Virus record (IMG/VR): IMGVR_UViG_3300045988_115163
DNA length: 64,000 bases
Source: a virus
Reading direction: 5' to 3' (one strand)
Below, one piece after another: positions 43,301 through 52,107 of this stretch. The position numbers and the translations under genes are program-made. Numbering within the stretch: position 1 is the stretch's first letter; every line of letters starts with the position of its first letter. The notes under the pieces are model-generated. The model had not been told where the DNA came from. It was given only the letters and a program-made list of their open reading frames with translations, and ran no database searches.

Positions 43301-46200
43301 AATGTTTGCGTAGCTTTATCTTCATTCCCGGCTGCGGAATTTACAAAATTTCTAATTGTATTTATATAGGTTTGTTTCTCTTCGGCATCTAACTTTTGAA
43401 ATTCTTCTTTTGTAATTCTGGCTGCTAGTAATGCCTTATCTTCCAAAATTTGATATTGCTTTTCAATCAAATCGGTAGCACCCCTAAAGGTTATAGAAGT
43501 TAGAGTAGCCTCATGCTGCACTTGTTTCAATGGTGCTATAATATGAGTTACATCTACTTTTCCTTCACCAATTAATCCACTACGAAGTAGCTTCATCAAT
43601 TTATCAACCTTTTCAGTAGTAGTAAATGCTCCTTCATCTATCTGTCTAAACCATTCATCAAAAGTTGAATTAGTCTTTCCTTGCTGCATTAATCGGACTA
43701 TTTTAGAAGCAGCGGAATCATAGGCAACTCCCAGCTTTTCTACAGCCTTTTTATTTTCTTCTATACTTTCCGAAAACTTCTGTGTGTCACGAGCAAAGTT
43801 AGTACCGTCTTCCTTCATTAAATCATTTAGAACTTGCGTCTGACGGAGTTCTTTATTATATTTTTGCTGCGCTATAGTTAAATCACCAGTGATATTCTTT
43901 TGGTCTTTCAGCTTTTTGTAGACGTCTGGATACTGAGCTTGTAGAACTGCTAAAGAAGCACTCAATTCTTTTCTACGCTTATTGCTTTCTTCTTCGGCAT
44001 CGGCATATTCTTTTGTTCCTTCTGTGTATTTTCTTAACTCTACTGTGGAATCTTTATATGCTTGCTCTTGTTTTTTTATTTTATCTACAAGTAAATTAAA
44101 TTTATTTACTTGGGTATCAATAGAGTTTGTCAATAAGTCAAATTTAGCTTTCGCTTCTTTGGTCTTCTTTGACATTTCTAAAAAAGCATATCCGGCAGAT
44201 AATACTACAGTAGCAAGTAATACCCACGGATTAGCCTTTAACCATGCACCTGCTTTATTCATCCATAGGACAGTCTTTGCCATTGCTGATGCAAGCCCAC
44301 CTTGTGCGATAGTCGCTTCAATAGTAGCCGCAGTTAAGGACTTAGTAGCAAGAACTGCATATCCAGTTTTTATTATATAAATAGCTGTAACGCTAGCAAC
44401 TGTTTTTAAAGCAACTGCAAAAATCTCCCAATTCTCTACAACAGAACGTAAAGCAGATACCATTCCTTTGAGTACTCCGTCATTTGCTTTACCAATTTGG
44501 TTAAACATCACATCGAAGCTGTCCTCTAAGTTGGCTAATTGTCCCTGTAAAGTTTCAGCTTGTATTTCCTGCATGTTATAGAAAATACCACCAGCGGATG
44601 TTAACTTCTGAAATATCTTTTCAACGTCTCCGAAAGATACCATACGTTTAGATACCATCTCAAATACTTCACCCACTGATACCATTCTACCTTCCAACTG
44701 AGTAAAGTAATCAGCCAGTTCTCCCAAAATATTAACTCCGGCTTCCGAAAATTGTCTGAGTTCCTGTCCACGGAGGTAATTAGCTGCTTTAACCTGCCCA
44801 AAGGCAAGAATTAAACGCTGCATATCCACACCTAGACCACTGGAAATATCTGCCAACATCTTAGTTGTATCGTATAACTTTTCAGTTTCGATACGATAAG
44901 CGGCTAACTGTTTTGTGTAGGATATTAACTCCTTAATAGTATAGGGAGATTTAATAGCCAATTGTACCGTCTTCTCAAACAAAGCATCGGCTTCATCCTT
45001 ATTCTGTAATATGGCTTGTAAAGAACGCTGTTGAATTTCAAATTCTCCACGAACTTTAACCATTTTACCGATATATCCTTCAATGGCGGATACGGAGAAT
45101 AACAATGCTAAATGACGTTGCAATTGAGCAGATGTATCCAATATTCTCGATTGTTGTTTCCTAAGTTCTCCGGTTTTCTGTGCAGCTTGTGTATTAGCAA
45201 TCTGTAAACGGTTCGTTTCAGAAACAATGTGATTTATTTGAGCAGTATAATCTCTACCTGTAGCAGTTAGTCGCTCTTGTGCTTGACGTAATCGAGATAT
45301 TTTATTTATTCTCTGAGTGATAGTTTGCTCCGGTCTTTCTAAAGCTCTACGATAAGATTCTTCTGCTTTCTCAGCTATCTTTGCCGATTGAGCAGCACTT
45401 CTATCAGCACGTTTTTTTTCTGCTTCTGTTTGCCGGATAGCTTTTTGTTTCTCTTTCTCAGCTTGTATTTCTTTTTGATAATTTGTTTTATCAATTCTCT
45501 TTTGGTCGGCAGCATAGGCAGCTTCAACAGAAGCACGATATTCATCAGTAGCTTTTGCTCTTTTTTGTAATTCAGAATTTCCAGAACGGAAAGAAGCATT
45601 GAGTTGTTCCATTGCTTCTTTCTGTCTTTGAGCTGTTAATGATGTTTGGTTTAATGTATCCAGATATTCATTCCATGCTGTGTGTGTCGCTATGACACTT
45701 CTCTTCTCTTGTTCTAAAGCGGCTATTTCACCTTGTATTTGTGGTATTAATTCAGTTCCAGCAGATGCTTCTCTAATTGTATTCCGTGATATTACACCGC
45801 TTCCGCTGCTCTTTAAGGAAGACATTTGGTTATCCAAATCTTTCACAGCAGATGTAGAATCATTCAATAAGTTTTTCAATGATTCTATTTTCTTGTTAAC
45901 CGTATCAACCGGAGAAGCTGCAACTTTATTCAATTGCTCAGAAACCTTAGCTACACTATTTGCTAATTTTCCAACTTCCGTTTCCGAAGATTTAGAGAAA
46001 CTTTTCTTAAATGATGTCCCGGCTTCCTTTACTTTATTGATAAATGGATTTATCCCATTTGCCATGTCGGAAAAGGCTTGTGTTACTACACGCTGTGTCT
46101 CTTGACTGGTTTTAGCAATTTGCTCTATCTTCTTATCGGCACTATCTAATTGATCTAATACCGATTTAGGAATATTCAATACATATCCATCTGCTGCCAT
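40333..46200 (-). CDS. tail tape measure protein (1955 aa)
   Basis: Very long helical ORF with a central hydrophobic segment, directly downstream of the chaperone pair and tail tube. Confidence 0.85.
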   Translation of the reverse strand: MAADGYVLNIPKSVLDQLDSADKKIEQIAKTSQETQRVVTQAFSDMANGINPFINKVKEAGTSFKKSFSKSSETEVGKLANSVAKVSEQLNKVAASPVDTVNKKIESLKNLLNDSTSAVKDLDNQMSSLKSSGSGVISRNTIREASAGTELIPQIQGEIAALEQEKRSVIATHTAWNEYLDTLNQTSLTAQRQKEAMEQLNASFRSGNSELQKRAKATDEYRASVEAAYAADQKRIDKTNYQKEIQAEKEKQKAIRQTEAEKKRADRSAAQSAKIAEKAEESYRRALERPEQTITQRINKISRLRQAQERLTATGRDYTAQINHIVSETNRLQIANTQAAQKTGELRKQQSRILDTSAQLQRHLALLFSVSAIEGYIGKMVKVRGEFEIQQRSLQAILQNKDEADALFEKTVQLAIKSPYTIKELISYTKQLAAYRIETEKLYDTTKMLADISSGLGVDMQRLILAFGQVKAANYLRGQELRQFSEAGVNILGELADYFTQLEGRMVSVGEVFEMVSKRMVSFGDVEKIFQKLTSAGGIFYNMQEIQAETLQGQLANLEDSFDVMFNQIGKANDGVLKGMVSALRSVVENWEIFAVALKTVASVTAIYIIKTGYAVLATKSLTAATIEATIAQGGLASAMAKTVLWMNKAGAWLKANPWVLLATVVLSAGYAFLEMSKKTKEAKAKFDLLTNSIDTQVNKFNLLVDKIKKQEQAYKDSTVELRKYTEGTKEYADAEEESNKRRKELSASLAVLQAQYPDVYKKLKDQKNITGDLTIAQQKYNKELRQTQVLNDLMKEDGTNFARDTQKFSESIEENKKAVEKLGVAYDSAASKIVRLMQQGKTNSTFDEWFRQIDEGAFTTTEKVDKLMKLLRSGLIGEGKVDVTHIIAPLKQVQHEATLTSITFRGATDLIEKQYQILEDKALLAARITKEEFQKLDAEEKQTYINTIRNFVNSAAGNEDKATQTFIKHRMQTRLGINIDFNKKQVQKELSDLQQIIYDKINEINRNTKKLKTNIKLIQVEETPDTYFRNLLNRIKELREEENRAKLATAQLNDEMSNDQLAALYKKRADELEAFAKSYGYYTKSQQKGEESAYEKRLKAQLDLLKRLQSEYEKLRKTQGAADAKNILTKEFGNAYQNLFGKPLELDFDKASIAAEMESIAETIGGKAGEELRRAWAAAAAQLRSEVSISVSEQNIADFERKIENMFSGYELSIDLKTQGLDNDLIKQLFHVDVSSLNDIRKALEEAYPDLSKLGQQQLDSYYKLSKMITAAENKELDVRLKDYAKYLKKASSERIRIRLEEQAKLANIPSEFTPDQKEEITKNIKKETKQKLDKQAFDEFKESDMYISMFEDLDKVSTRVLEQMKAKLASLRESLGDLPPNQLKEIVNQMNKIDEQIQSRNPFKDLLPNIKGYIHYLREKKDLESQYVDASKNIDQLEEQKKILEDIIALSEKEYTDAVNKKGVNSKEANIKKLTLNTDKARLKVLNKQLSVEKNAQVTAKNGLDDGEKKGEQLKKAAAYASKIASETAGLTDAMNNSLGNLSAGAKDALSSTSEILGGVSNIAAGLAQGPMGYLQAAAGVFETVGAIFAIGDKKRERAIQSETKKVKQLQTAYEDLTRAIENGLSIDAYAKSSERIELLQKQIDSYYRMIEAEQGKKKPDDDRIDEWREAIHDLENDIEDLFLEMKENLIGSFKDLASTLGDALFDAFAEGTNAAESWGEAVHNIVNDIIKQIIIQKLIEPKIKEWAEGLFDEMMPKTSEAEDALERFNKADENIKKWDAAWGNAAELVAKTYGFDYAGEKRKRDKAYQEYLKALEAAEGEVPSIDESMANKYEKELNDFYNELNKLPDWIKDRFKKENADLSGLQEGIKSITEDTAQALEALLNSMRFYVADTNLEIKNIRALLSNDVESNPLLAEMRIQTQLIRSINTMFSSLLYAGHPKGSYGLKVWIQ

Positions 46201-46205
46201 AATTC

Positions 46206-46424
46206 TTATTCTGCTTTTATTACAGGTATCCCAAAATCATTTGCTAATTGAGAGATACTTGTTACATTAATCTTTTTCTTCTTCTGGAATTTAGCATCTT
46301 CATTGTCTGGAAGATATACAATATGTGTGGAGTCGTTTTTGGCTATACCAATTTGAGCGATTGTCATTTGCCACATATATTGTTCCATTGTAACGGAGGG
46401 AAATGCTTTTAAGAAATCAAACAT
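46206..46424 (-). CDS. tail assembly chaperone, frameshift-extension part (gpT-like)
   Basis: The -1 frame from the T7 site at 46526-46532 runs open into this ORF. Confidence 0.65.
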   Translation of the reverse strand: MFDFLKAFPSVTMEQYMWQMTIAQIGIAKNDSTHIVYLPDNEDAKFQKKKKINVTSISQLANDFGIPVIKAE

Positions 46425-46447
46425 TTCACCATAACTCGTCCGGGCTA

Positions 46448-46924
46448 TTACGAGTTCCGTTCGGTTATCTTCGTCTTTCTCTCCAAGGCTATCTGCTTGA
46501 AAGTCTGCGTTAGTCCGGTAATCTGAAAAAAAGGCTCAATCCCAATTAAATTAAGAACCTCAAAAAGAAGATTTGCCCAATCTTTGACTTCCGTTTCCCA
46601 AAGTATCGTATCGTAAACTTTTTGATAATCAGTATCTATCCGCTTCTTGTCATTGATTAAAGCTAAGGTTAGTATTCTACAAACCGAAGGGAAATTAGTA
46701 GTCATTTCTTTTAAGACATCTCCAAAAGAAGCATTCTCCACTTTACTTATCTTAGCTGCCTCTTCTGCAATCATCCACATCGTTCCCGGTTTCAGAGACC
46801 GGATTTCCCATTCAGTATCTTTTAACTTCACTAAAGAAGGTGAATCGTTCATTATCTGAGCGAGTCTTTCCATTGCTTCATCGCTCACAGGCTCATCGGC
46901 TGATTTGTATTTCTTTTCTTCCAT
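46448..46924 (-). CDS. tail assembly chaperone (gpG-like)
   Basis: Position between the tail tube and the tape measure; contains CCT TTT TTT CAG in frame. Confidence 0.7.
   Translation of the reverse strand: MEEKKYKSADEPVSDEAMERLAQIMNDSPSLVKLKDTEWEIRSLKPGTMWMIAEEAAKISKVENASFGDVLKEMTTNFPSVCRILTLALINDKKRIDTDYQKVYDTILWETEVKDWANLLFEVLNLIGIEPFFQITGLTQTFKQIALERKTKITERNS
46526..46532 (-). promoter_or_regulatory. -1 programmed frameshift slippery heptamer T TTT TTT
   Basis: In zero frame (CCT)(TTT)(TTT), 25 codons before the stop. The -1 frame reads FFSDYRTNADFQADSLGEKDEDNRTELVIARTSYGEMFDFLKAF... Confidence 0.6.
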
Positions 46925-46965
46925 GACTTAAAAATAAAAAGGAGGGAGTTTCCTCCCTCCCTTGT

Positions 46966-47250
46966 TTATATTGAACTTGAAAACGCAGGTACTACAAGAG
47001 TAACAGGGTCGCTGTCACTTGTTGTAAGATTGTCTCCAACCGCCTTTAAGTAGTAAGTGAATGTATCCGCAGCTTTCAGAGAAGAACCGGTATAAGTCAC
47101 AGTATCTTTAGCAATCGAAGTCCAAGCTCCTGTTGTACCTTTACGAATACTATATCCATTATTACCGGTTACATTCTTCCAGCCAACTTTAACGGATGTT
47201 TCAAGTCTACTAGAAACGACGAAATTAGTTGGCGTTGCTAATTTCGTCAA
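46966..47250 (-). CDS. Fn3/Ig-like domain, probably expressed as a -1 frameshift extension of the tail tube protein
   Basis: No ATG (track start is TTG). PTNFVVSSRLETSVKVGWKNVTGNNGYSIRKG...YYLKAVG is Fn3-like. Confidence 0.6.
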   Translation of the reverse strand: MTKLATPTNFVVSSRLETSVKVGWKNVTGNNGYSIRKGTTGAWTSIAKDTVTYTGSSLKAADTFTYYLKAVGDNLTTSDSDPVTLVVPAFSSSI

Positions 47251-47259
47251 GCTCCCCCC
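47218..47259 (-). promoter_or_regulatory. -1 frameshift signal: G GGG GGA heptamer plus 11 bp hairpin
   Basis: Heptamer at 47259-47253 in zero frame (TCG)(GGG)(GGA). 4 nt spacer. Stem gacgaaattag/ctaatttcgtc at 47248-47218, 9 nt loop. Confidence 0.6.
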
Positions 47260-47786
47260 GATGCTTTCAGAATGATATAGAACGGAGTCAATGGAGCATC
47301 GGCTTCCGAACCTACCTTACCAGCGTAACAAGTACCGGAAATAATACCCTGAACAATACCTGTCTTCAAGCTGGCTGCTTCAATACGACCGGAAATTTTC
47401 ACTTTGGGACAAACCAAAGTACCATCGTTAAACACTGCTTCAATTTTTGCCCATACTGGTTTATAGGTATTGGGAGCACAGATATTACCACCAGAAATGG
47501 TGAATCCCATAATATTAGTCAAAAGGTCAGATTGGATATCACCAGAGTTCATGGTCACGGTGTAACGTCCCAATGTAATATTTTCATAGATTGGTTCGTC
47601 TTTGGTCTCTGAATCAATCGCATTGGTCGTATTGTCTTCCTGAGTAATGGAAGTTGAATCCGCTACGATTTGGTCAAGAGAATAGGTTTTTGTACCTAAT
47701 GCACCAGCAGCAGTGTACGGAGTGATGAGGATTTGTTGCACACCGCCCAAAATCAAAGCGGTATCTCCTAATTTTGTTGTTGCCAT
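47247..47786 (-). CDS. major tail tube protein
   Basis: 179 aa, immediately upstream of the chaperones and tape measure. Confidence 0.65.
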   Translation of the reverse strand: MATTKLGDTALILGGVQQILITPYTAAGALGTKTYSLDQIVADSTSITQEDNTTNAIDSETKDEPIYENITLGRYTVTMNSGDIQSDLLTNIMGFTISGGNICAPNTYKPVWAKIEAVFNDGTLVCPKVKISGRIEAASLKTGIVQGIISGTCYAGKVGSEADAPLTPFYIILKASGGA

Positions 47787-47796
47787 AGTTTATAAA

Positions 47797-48198
47797 TTAA
47801 ATAATTAATACCCAGATTCTTACTATATTTACGTGAAGATTACGAACTGCGTCATAGTCTTCCCGGGTTTCTGAACGGTGAATACGATAACGAGAATTGG
47901 ATGATACCTGTTCTTTGATTATCTCATTCAAACGCTTTTCCATCTTAGACATGACAGCTACGTTTTTTTTGCCGTTGCTAAGAGGTTTGGCGTAAAGATA
48001 GATATTCACTCCACCGGAAGCATAAGCGTTATAATCAGTCAAACTTGTATCACAAGATATTACTACCATGTCCTTCCAGCTATCGGGAATAGTACTTGGT
48101 AGGGTAGACGGATATACATTTTCAGACAAATCCCCATCCAATATTTCATTGAAATAGGTTTCAATCGCAGATATGTTCAACAAATTATCATCTCTCAT
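47797..48198 (-). CDS. tail terminator / head-tail joining protein (positional)
   Basis: Synteny only. Confidence 0.45.
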   Translation of the reverse strand: MRDDNLLNISAIETYFNEILDGDLSENVYPSTLPSTIPDSWKDMVVISCDTSLTDYNAYASGGVNIYLYAKPLSNGKKNVAVMSKMEKRLNEIIKEQVSSNSRYRIHRSETREDYDAVRNLHVNIVRIWVLII

Positions 48199-48668
48199 AA
48201 TGCAGCTACCCTTCCATCTTGTATTTTATATACACTTGCTTCTTTTATCTTCGCAGCCAGTGCTCGGATATCGTCTCCTATCATAAAAATTACATTGTAT
48301 TTCCTTTTCAACGGATATTGCCCGGCTTCCAATATTCCACCATAAAACATGGCGACAACGACAACCAATTGCATACCATCCGAAGAAGGTTTAAATGTTG
48401 CAAAGAAATCTTCTATAGCCTCTCTTCCGCTGATTTTCTCCCCTGTGTTGGGGTCTTTTTTCTTAGTAGAAGACATAGGCGTAAAGAAACTTTTGGTATT
48501 CGGATAAATCTTATAATTATAATAGACTGCGCTTCCATAGCTATCATGTAGGTTCTGTGTCTTATCCTTACCGAAATCTGCCTTTAGATAGGCTGTCTCA
48601 ATAAGTTTCCGACCATCCCTTGCTAGCTTATTGGCTAGGTCTTTTATATATCCATCCTTTATACTCAC
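48195..48668 (-). CDS. head-tail joining / tail completion protein (positional)
   Basis: Synteny only; overlapping stop/start. Confidence 0.45.
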   Translation of the reverse strand: MSIKDGYIKDLANKLARDGRKLIETAYLKADFGKDKTQNLHDSYGSAVYYNYKIYPNTKSFFTPMSSTKKKDPNTGEKISGREAIEDFFATFKPSSDGMQLVVVVAMFYGGILEAGQYPLKRKYNVIFMIGDDIRALAAKIKEASVYKIQDGRVAAL

Positions 48669-49009
48669 GTTGTCCTATCAGTAATATAAGCCACACATCC
48701 ACCCATCTGAGTGGGGAAAAGTCCAATGATAGTCCCATTGACTTCCATTCCATACATAGAACCTCTAAAAAGATAACCACGTTTAATGTTAATGCCTACA
48801 GTAGTATCAAAAGGGAAATAGATATTGAATGAAGCGTTAATAGCTCCACTTGTATCTGTTTTTGATGATTCTTGTATGTCACATTTAGTTTCCAAGTCGA
48901 TTATTTCTTCTTCTACTTGTTCATCCAATTTCTTACTTTCATCAATCCAAATGTGATAAAACACACCATCAAACGGATATTCTTGTATGCGATTTCTCTC
49001 TATGTACAT
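48665..49009 (-). CDS. head closure protein (positional)
   Basis: Synteny only. Confidence 0.4.
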   Translation of the reverse strand: MYIERNRIQEYPFDGVFYHIWIDESKKLDEQVEEEIIDLETKCDIQESSKTDTSGAINASFNIYFPFDTTVGINIKRGYLFRGSMYGMEVNGTIIGLFPTQMGGCVAYITDRTT

Positions 49010-49371
49010 CAGTCGTTCTCGTTAATCCATTGTAAACCTTCGCTTGGAATTTCCTCTATTTTGGGGTCGTCCCACTTTTGATATAACCCAATCATGACAT
49101 TATAGACTTCTTTCTTGGTGTCGTATCGTTGACTACCGATGGTCTGTATAAATTGCCCATGTTGATTAGTCATGTTAGCGGTATAGTTAGGGGCAGTATA
49201 GATTACAAACAACAAATCAGCGAGACATAAGTCTTTCTGTTGCTGAGTAAGTTCTTTATAATCTGTTATGTCGGCTACATCACGTTCCATTGCGATACGG
49301 GTTAAGACCGCCTTATCGAAGACAAAGGCGGTCAACCCAGAAAGATAATCTATAATATCAAATTGTATCAT
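49009..49371 (-). CDS. head-tail connector/adaptor (positional)
   Basis: Synteny only; directly downstream of the capsid gene. Confidence 0.4.
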   Translation of the reverse strand: MIQFDIIDYLSGLTAFVFDKAVLTRIAMERDVADITDYKELTQQQKDLCLADLLFVIYTAPNYTANMTNQHGQFIQTIGSQRYDTKKEVYNVMIGLYQKWDDPKIEEIPSEGLQWINEND

Positions 49372-49372
49372 A

Positions 49373-50548
49373 TCAATTAGTCTTTGTAGTATCTACAATG
49401 ATATGCCAAGGGAACTCGGTCAATGACGGGATGGCAGACATCATCAAGTCCGTATGCCATTCTTTCAAACGTCCATTCGGCACAGTAGAGTTTACCAAGC
49501 GAGCGATACCGCCATCCAAAGAAGCGAATACCATCTTGATTTCGTCTACACCAAATTTCGGGAACAAGTTTTCATCCAAGATGTCAGTGTACTGGATATC
49601 ACCAGCATAACCAACCGGACGGAGAACAGCGATACCTTCTTTCCAACCGTTTACCATTGTGGTCTTGTCCCATTCCAAGTTCTTTTCTTTCTCTACGACG
49701 ATTTCGATTGGAGAAAGACCCGGGATGCTTGCCGTTGCGTTACGGAAAAGTTCTTCGGGGATAATCTTGATTTCAGGAGAAGCCGTTGGGCTATTGGTAT
49801 TCAGGTCACGATAGTACTGAATCCATTCACGAACTTCTGCATTTTGCAGAATTACCTTCTGGAACATATCGTAAGTGACCATCCACTTCATTGCACCTTG
49901 GTAATTGGTACGTTCACGGAAATTGTATTCAATCTCTACCATTTGGGTGAGCAACTTACAAGTCGGGTCAGTCCAAGTTTTTTCACCAGCTTTTACGAAG
50001 TTCTCTGCCGGAATTTCGGCTTTCTGGATTCTACCTCTGATACCACGACCAAAGTCACAGATAGTCTTACCGGTAGATTGCAGTTGAGCACCGAGATAGT
50101 TCAGGGTTTGGTCTTTACTGTCAATCAGCAATTGAGCCTCTTCCGCCCATGCTTGCAGAATCTTCGCATCGTTTCCGAATTGAGCGAAATATTCCTCTTT
50201 ATACTGACGCTCCATTGCTGTCTCAACGAGACCCGGGGTGATAAAGTCAGGAATACTTGCAGAATAGAAAGCGAAACCTTCCTTATCCAGAGGGATAGAA
50301 TCACCATACGGTGCTCGCATATCCATCAAAGGTGCAGAAGTTGATTTCTTGGTAGAAACGGTAAACGTTGCATCTCCTTTAGCATTCTTCGGAGTCTTGG
50401 TGTCAGCAATCGAATACTGAGTTCTCCACCATCCATAATTTATACGGAGCATTTCAGAGTTATCAATGAAACTCTGCAAAAAGTTTATGCCCTCTCTACT
50501 GTTAAAGAGAGCAGCATATCTACTATTATTAAAGTCAAATTTTGCCAT
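49373..50548 (-). CDS. major capsid protein
   Basis: 391 aa; position after the scaffold-like gene and before the connectors. Confidence 0.65.
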   Translation of the reverse strand: MAKFDFNNSRYAALFNSREGINFLQSFIDNSEMLRINYGWWRTQYSIADTKTPKNAKGDATFTVSTKKSTSAPLMDMRAPYGDSIPLDKEGFAFYSASIPDFITPGLVETAMERQYKEEYFAQFGNDAKILQAWAEEAQLLIDSKDQTLNYLGAQLQSTGKTICDFGRGIRGRIQKAEIPAENFVKAGEKTWTDPTCKLLTQMVEIEYNFRERTNYQGAMKWMVTYDMFQKVILQNAEVREWIQYYRDLNTNSPTASPEIKIIPEELFRNATASIPGLSPIEIVVEKEKNLEWDKTTMVNGWKEGIAVLRPVGYAGDIQYTDILDENLFPKFGVDEIKMVFASLDGGIARLVNSTVPNGRLKEWHTDLMMSAIPSLTEFPWHIIVDTTKTN

Positions 50549-50565
50549 TCTATATACTCCTTTCT

Positions 50566-51324
50566 TTAATTAGCACGAAGCGTGAACCATCCTTTTACTA
50601 AGGAAACATTTCTTTCTTTCAATACAGCCGGAGGCATTGGAGACATTCGGTGAATGTATGCTGTTCCTCCCAAAGTCGGAGTTAGCATATATATTGCTCC
50701 GTCCCAATCGTCTTCATTCTTTGCGGGAATGTAAGAGAAATCATAGTCGCAAGGAAGCATAGCATTGGGGTTCTGAACCAACATCTTATCGTCAGCACCA
50801 GCTTTTGTTCCTTCTACCAATACATCACCTACAGCCAATGCACCGATAGCAGCACTTAATGTAAGTTTCCATACATCTGAGCCAGCATCAGTAGTTGCCT
50901 CTACAGCAGTAACCGTAGCGGAAGTACCTGTACCATCCAGAGTGTCCGGTGCTTTCATCAAGATGTTTCCAACTTCCGGTATGTGTCTGTAACCAGTACG
51001 AGCAATCAGAACTTCTGTTCCTGCGACTTCCACAATCTTTGCTACTTCAAAAGTTTTCATCAGAATTACAACAGCATTGTCACTATCATTTGTAGTACCG
51101 CCATTGTATCTATATTCTACCAAGTCACCAGCGTACATCTTTCCCCTTCCCTGAAAGGGATTCTGAACTACACCACCGGTAGTCGGGAAAACGAACTGGT
51201 TCTTTATGCCCTGCAATTTTACGAAGACGTATCGAGTCCCCCCGATGCTTCCTCTTTTCTGTACAAGTGCCGTACCTAAGAATACGCCACCATACATGAA
51301 ATCGTTAAAATCGTTTTCGTTCAT
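50566..51324 (-). CDS. capsid-associated protein (decoration or auxiliary head protein?)
   Basis: 252 aa ORF between the scaffold-like gene and the capsid gene; no motif recognised. Confidence 0.4.
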   Translation of the reverse strand: MNENDFNDFMYGGVFLGTALVQKRGSIGGTRYVFVKLQGIKNQFVFPTTGGVVQNPFQGRGKMYAGDLVEYRYNGGTTNDSDNAVVILMKTFEVAKIVEVAGTEVLIARTGYRHIPEVGNILMKAPDTLDGTGTSATVTAVEATTDAGSDVWKLTLSAAIGALAVGDVLVEGTKAGADDKMLVQNPNAMLPCDYDFSYIPAKNEDDWDGAIYMLTPTLGGTAYIHRMSPMPPAVLKERNVSLVKGWFTLRAN

Positions 51325-51328
51325 TTTA

Positions 51329-51961
51329 TTATTCTTTTTTAGGTTTCAAGTCGCTCCAAAGTTCCTTCTCATCCAAGATGGGTTCTCCCTTTGGGGTTTT
51401 GGGAGTAATGATAGAAGGAATCTCAGCCTTCGATTTGTTGTAAATCTTTAAATAAGATTCAGTCTTCTTGTCTACATCGAAATCTTCGGTAATGTTGATT
51501 TCAGAGATGAATTCGTTTGCCCATTCTTTGTCAACTCCCTTTTCTCCCAATTTCGACAAAAGTGTACTTCTCAAAGAGCCGATTTTCTCCTTTCTTTCCT
51601 TTTCAGCAAGCTGCGCTTCCAACCGTTCCAACCGTTCCTGAATAGGGTCTTTCTTGTTCTTGTCCGGGTCAGGATTTGGGTCAGGGTCGGGATTAGGATT
51701 TAGAGGATTCTTTTCCTTATACATTTTTACGAAATCTGCGTTATCTTTTTCAACATTGGCGTTTTGCGTACTTACAATAGGCAAAGCGGCTTTGAAGAAA
51801 ACATCCAACTCAGTTTCATCGTTTGCAAGTAACGGCATTAGGGTGTCTAATGTGGTGTTAATGCTTCTTTCTGTCAAACGCAGGGTTTTCCCGCCTTTGG
51901 TCAGTTCACCTTTGAGTTTTTCAAAGGCTTCTTGTTTCGTAAACTTCATAGTTTCTCCCAA
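51329..51961 (-). CDS. scaffolding-like protein
   Basis: Helical, charged, with an NPLNPNPDPDPNPDPD linker; upstream of the capsid gene. Alternative start at 51949. Confidence 0.5.
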   Translation of the reverse strand: MGETMKFTKQEAFEKLKGELTKGGKTLRLTERSINTTLDTLMPLLANDETELDVFFKAALPIVSTQNANVEKDNADFVKMYKEKNPLNPNPDPDPNPDPDKNKKDPIQERLERLEAQLAEKERKEKIGSLRSTLLSKLGEKGVDKEWANEFISEINITEDFDVDKKTESYLKIYNKSKAEIPSIITPKTPKGEPILDEKELWSDLKPKKE

Positions 51962-52052
51962 TTAGTTAATAATTCACACACAAAATAAAGCATTACTAAC
52001 AAGTTAGAGATGAGAATATTCCCAAAATGTTATCATATCTGATAAGATTACT

Positions 52053-52060
52053 TATATTTG
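52053..52060 (+). promoter_or_regulatory. -7 box candidate for the + late operon
   Basis: TATATTTG matches TAnnTTTG; no clean -33. Confidence 0.3.
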
Positions 52061-52107
52061 AGAATTTTTTCAAACATAAAGAACGCTATTTTTGTGGTTA
52101 TAAAGAT

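Noticed and set aside
40333-46200. Multiple + strand track ORFs inside the tape measure gene (for example 41423..41920, 43982..44380 and 45680..46105)
   Set aside because: They are antisense shadows of a 1955-codon ORF. Their composition is hydrophobic and low-complexity, and no independent signals support them.
49454-50344. 296 aa + strand ORF overlapping the capsid gene
   Set aside because: It lies entirely inside, and antisense to, the well-placed 391 aa capsid ORF. The product is Cys/Arg/Phe-rich and implausible.
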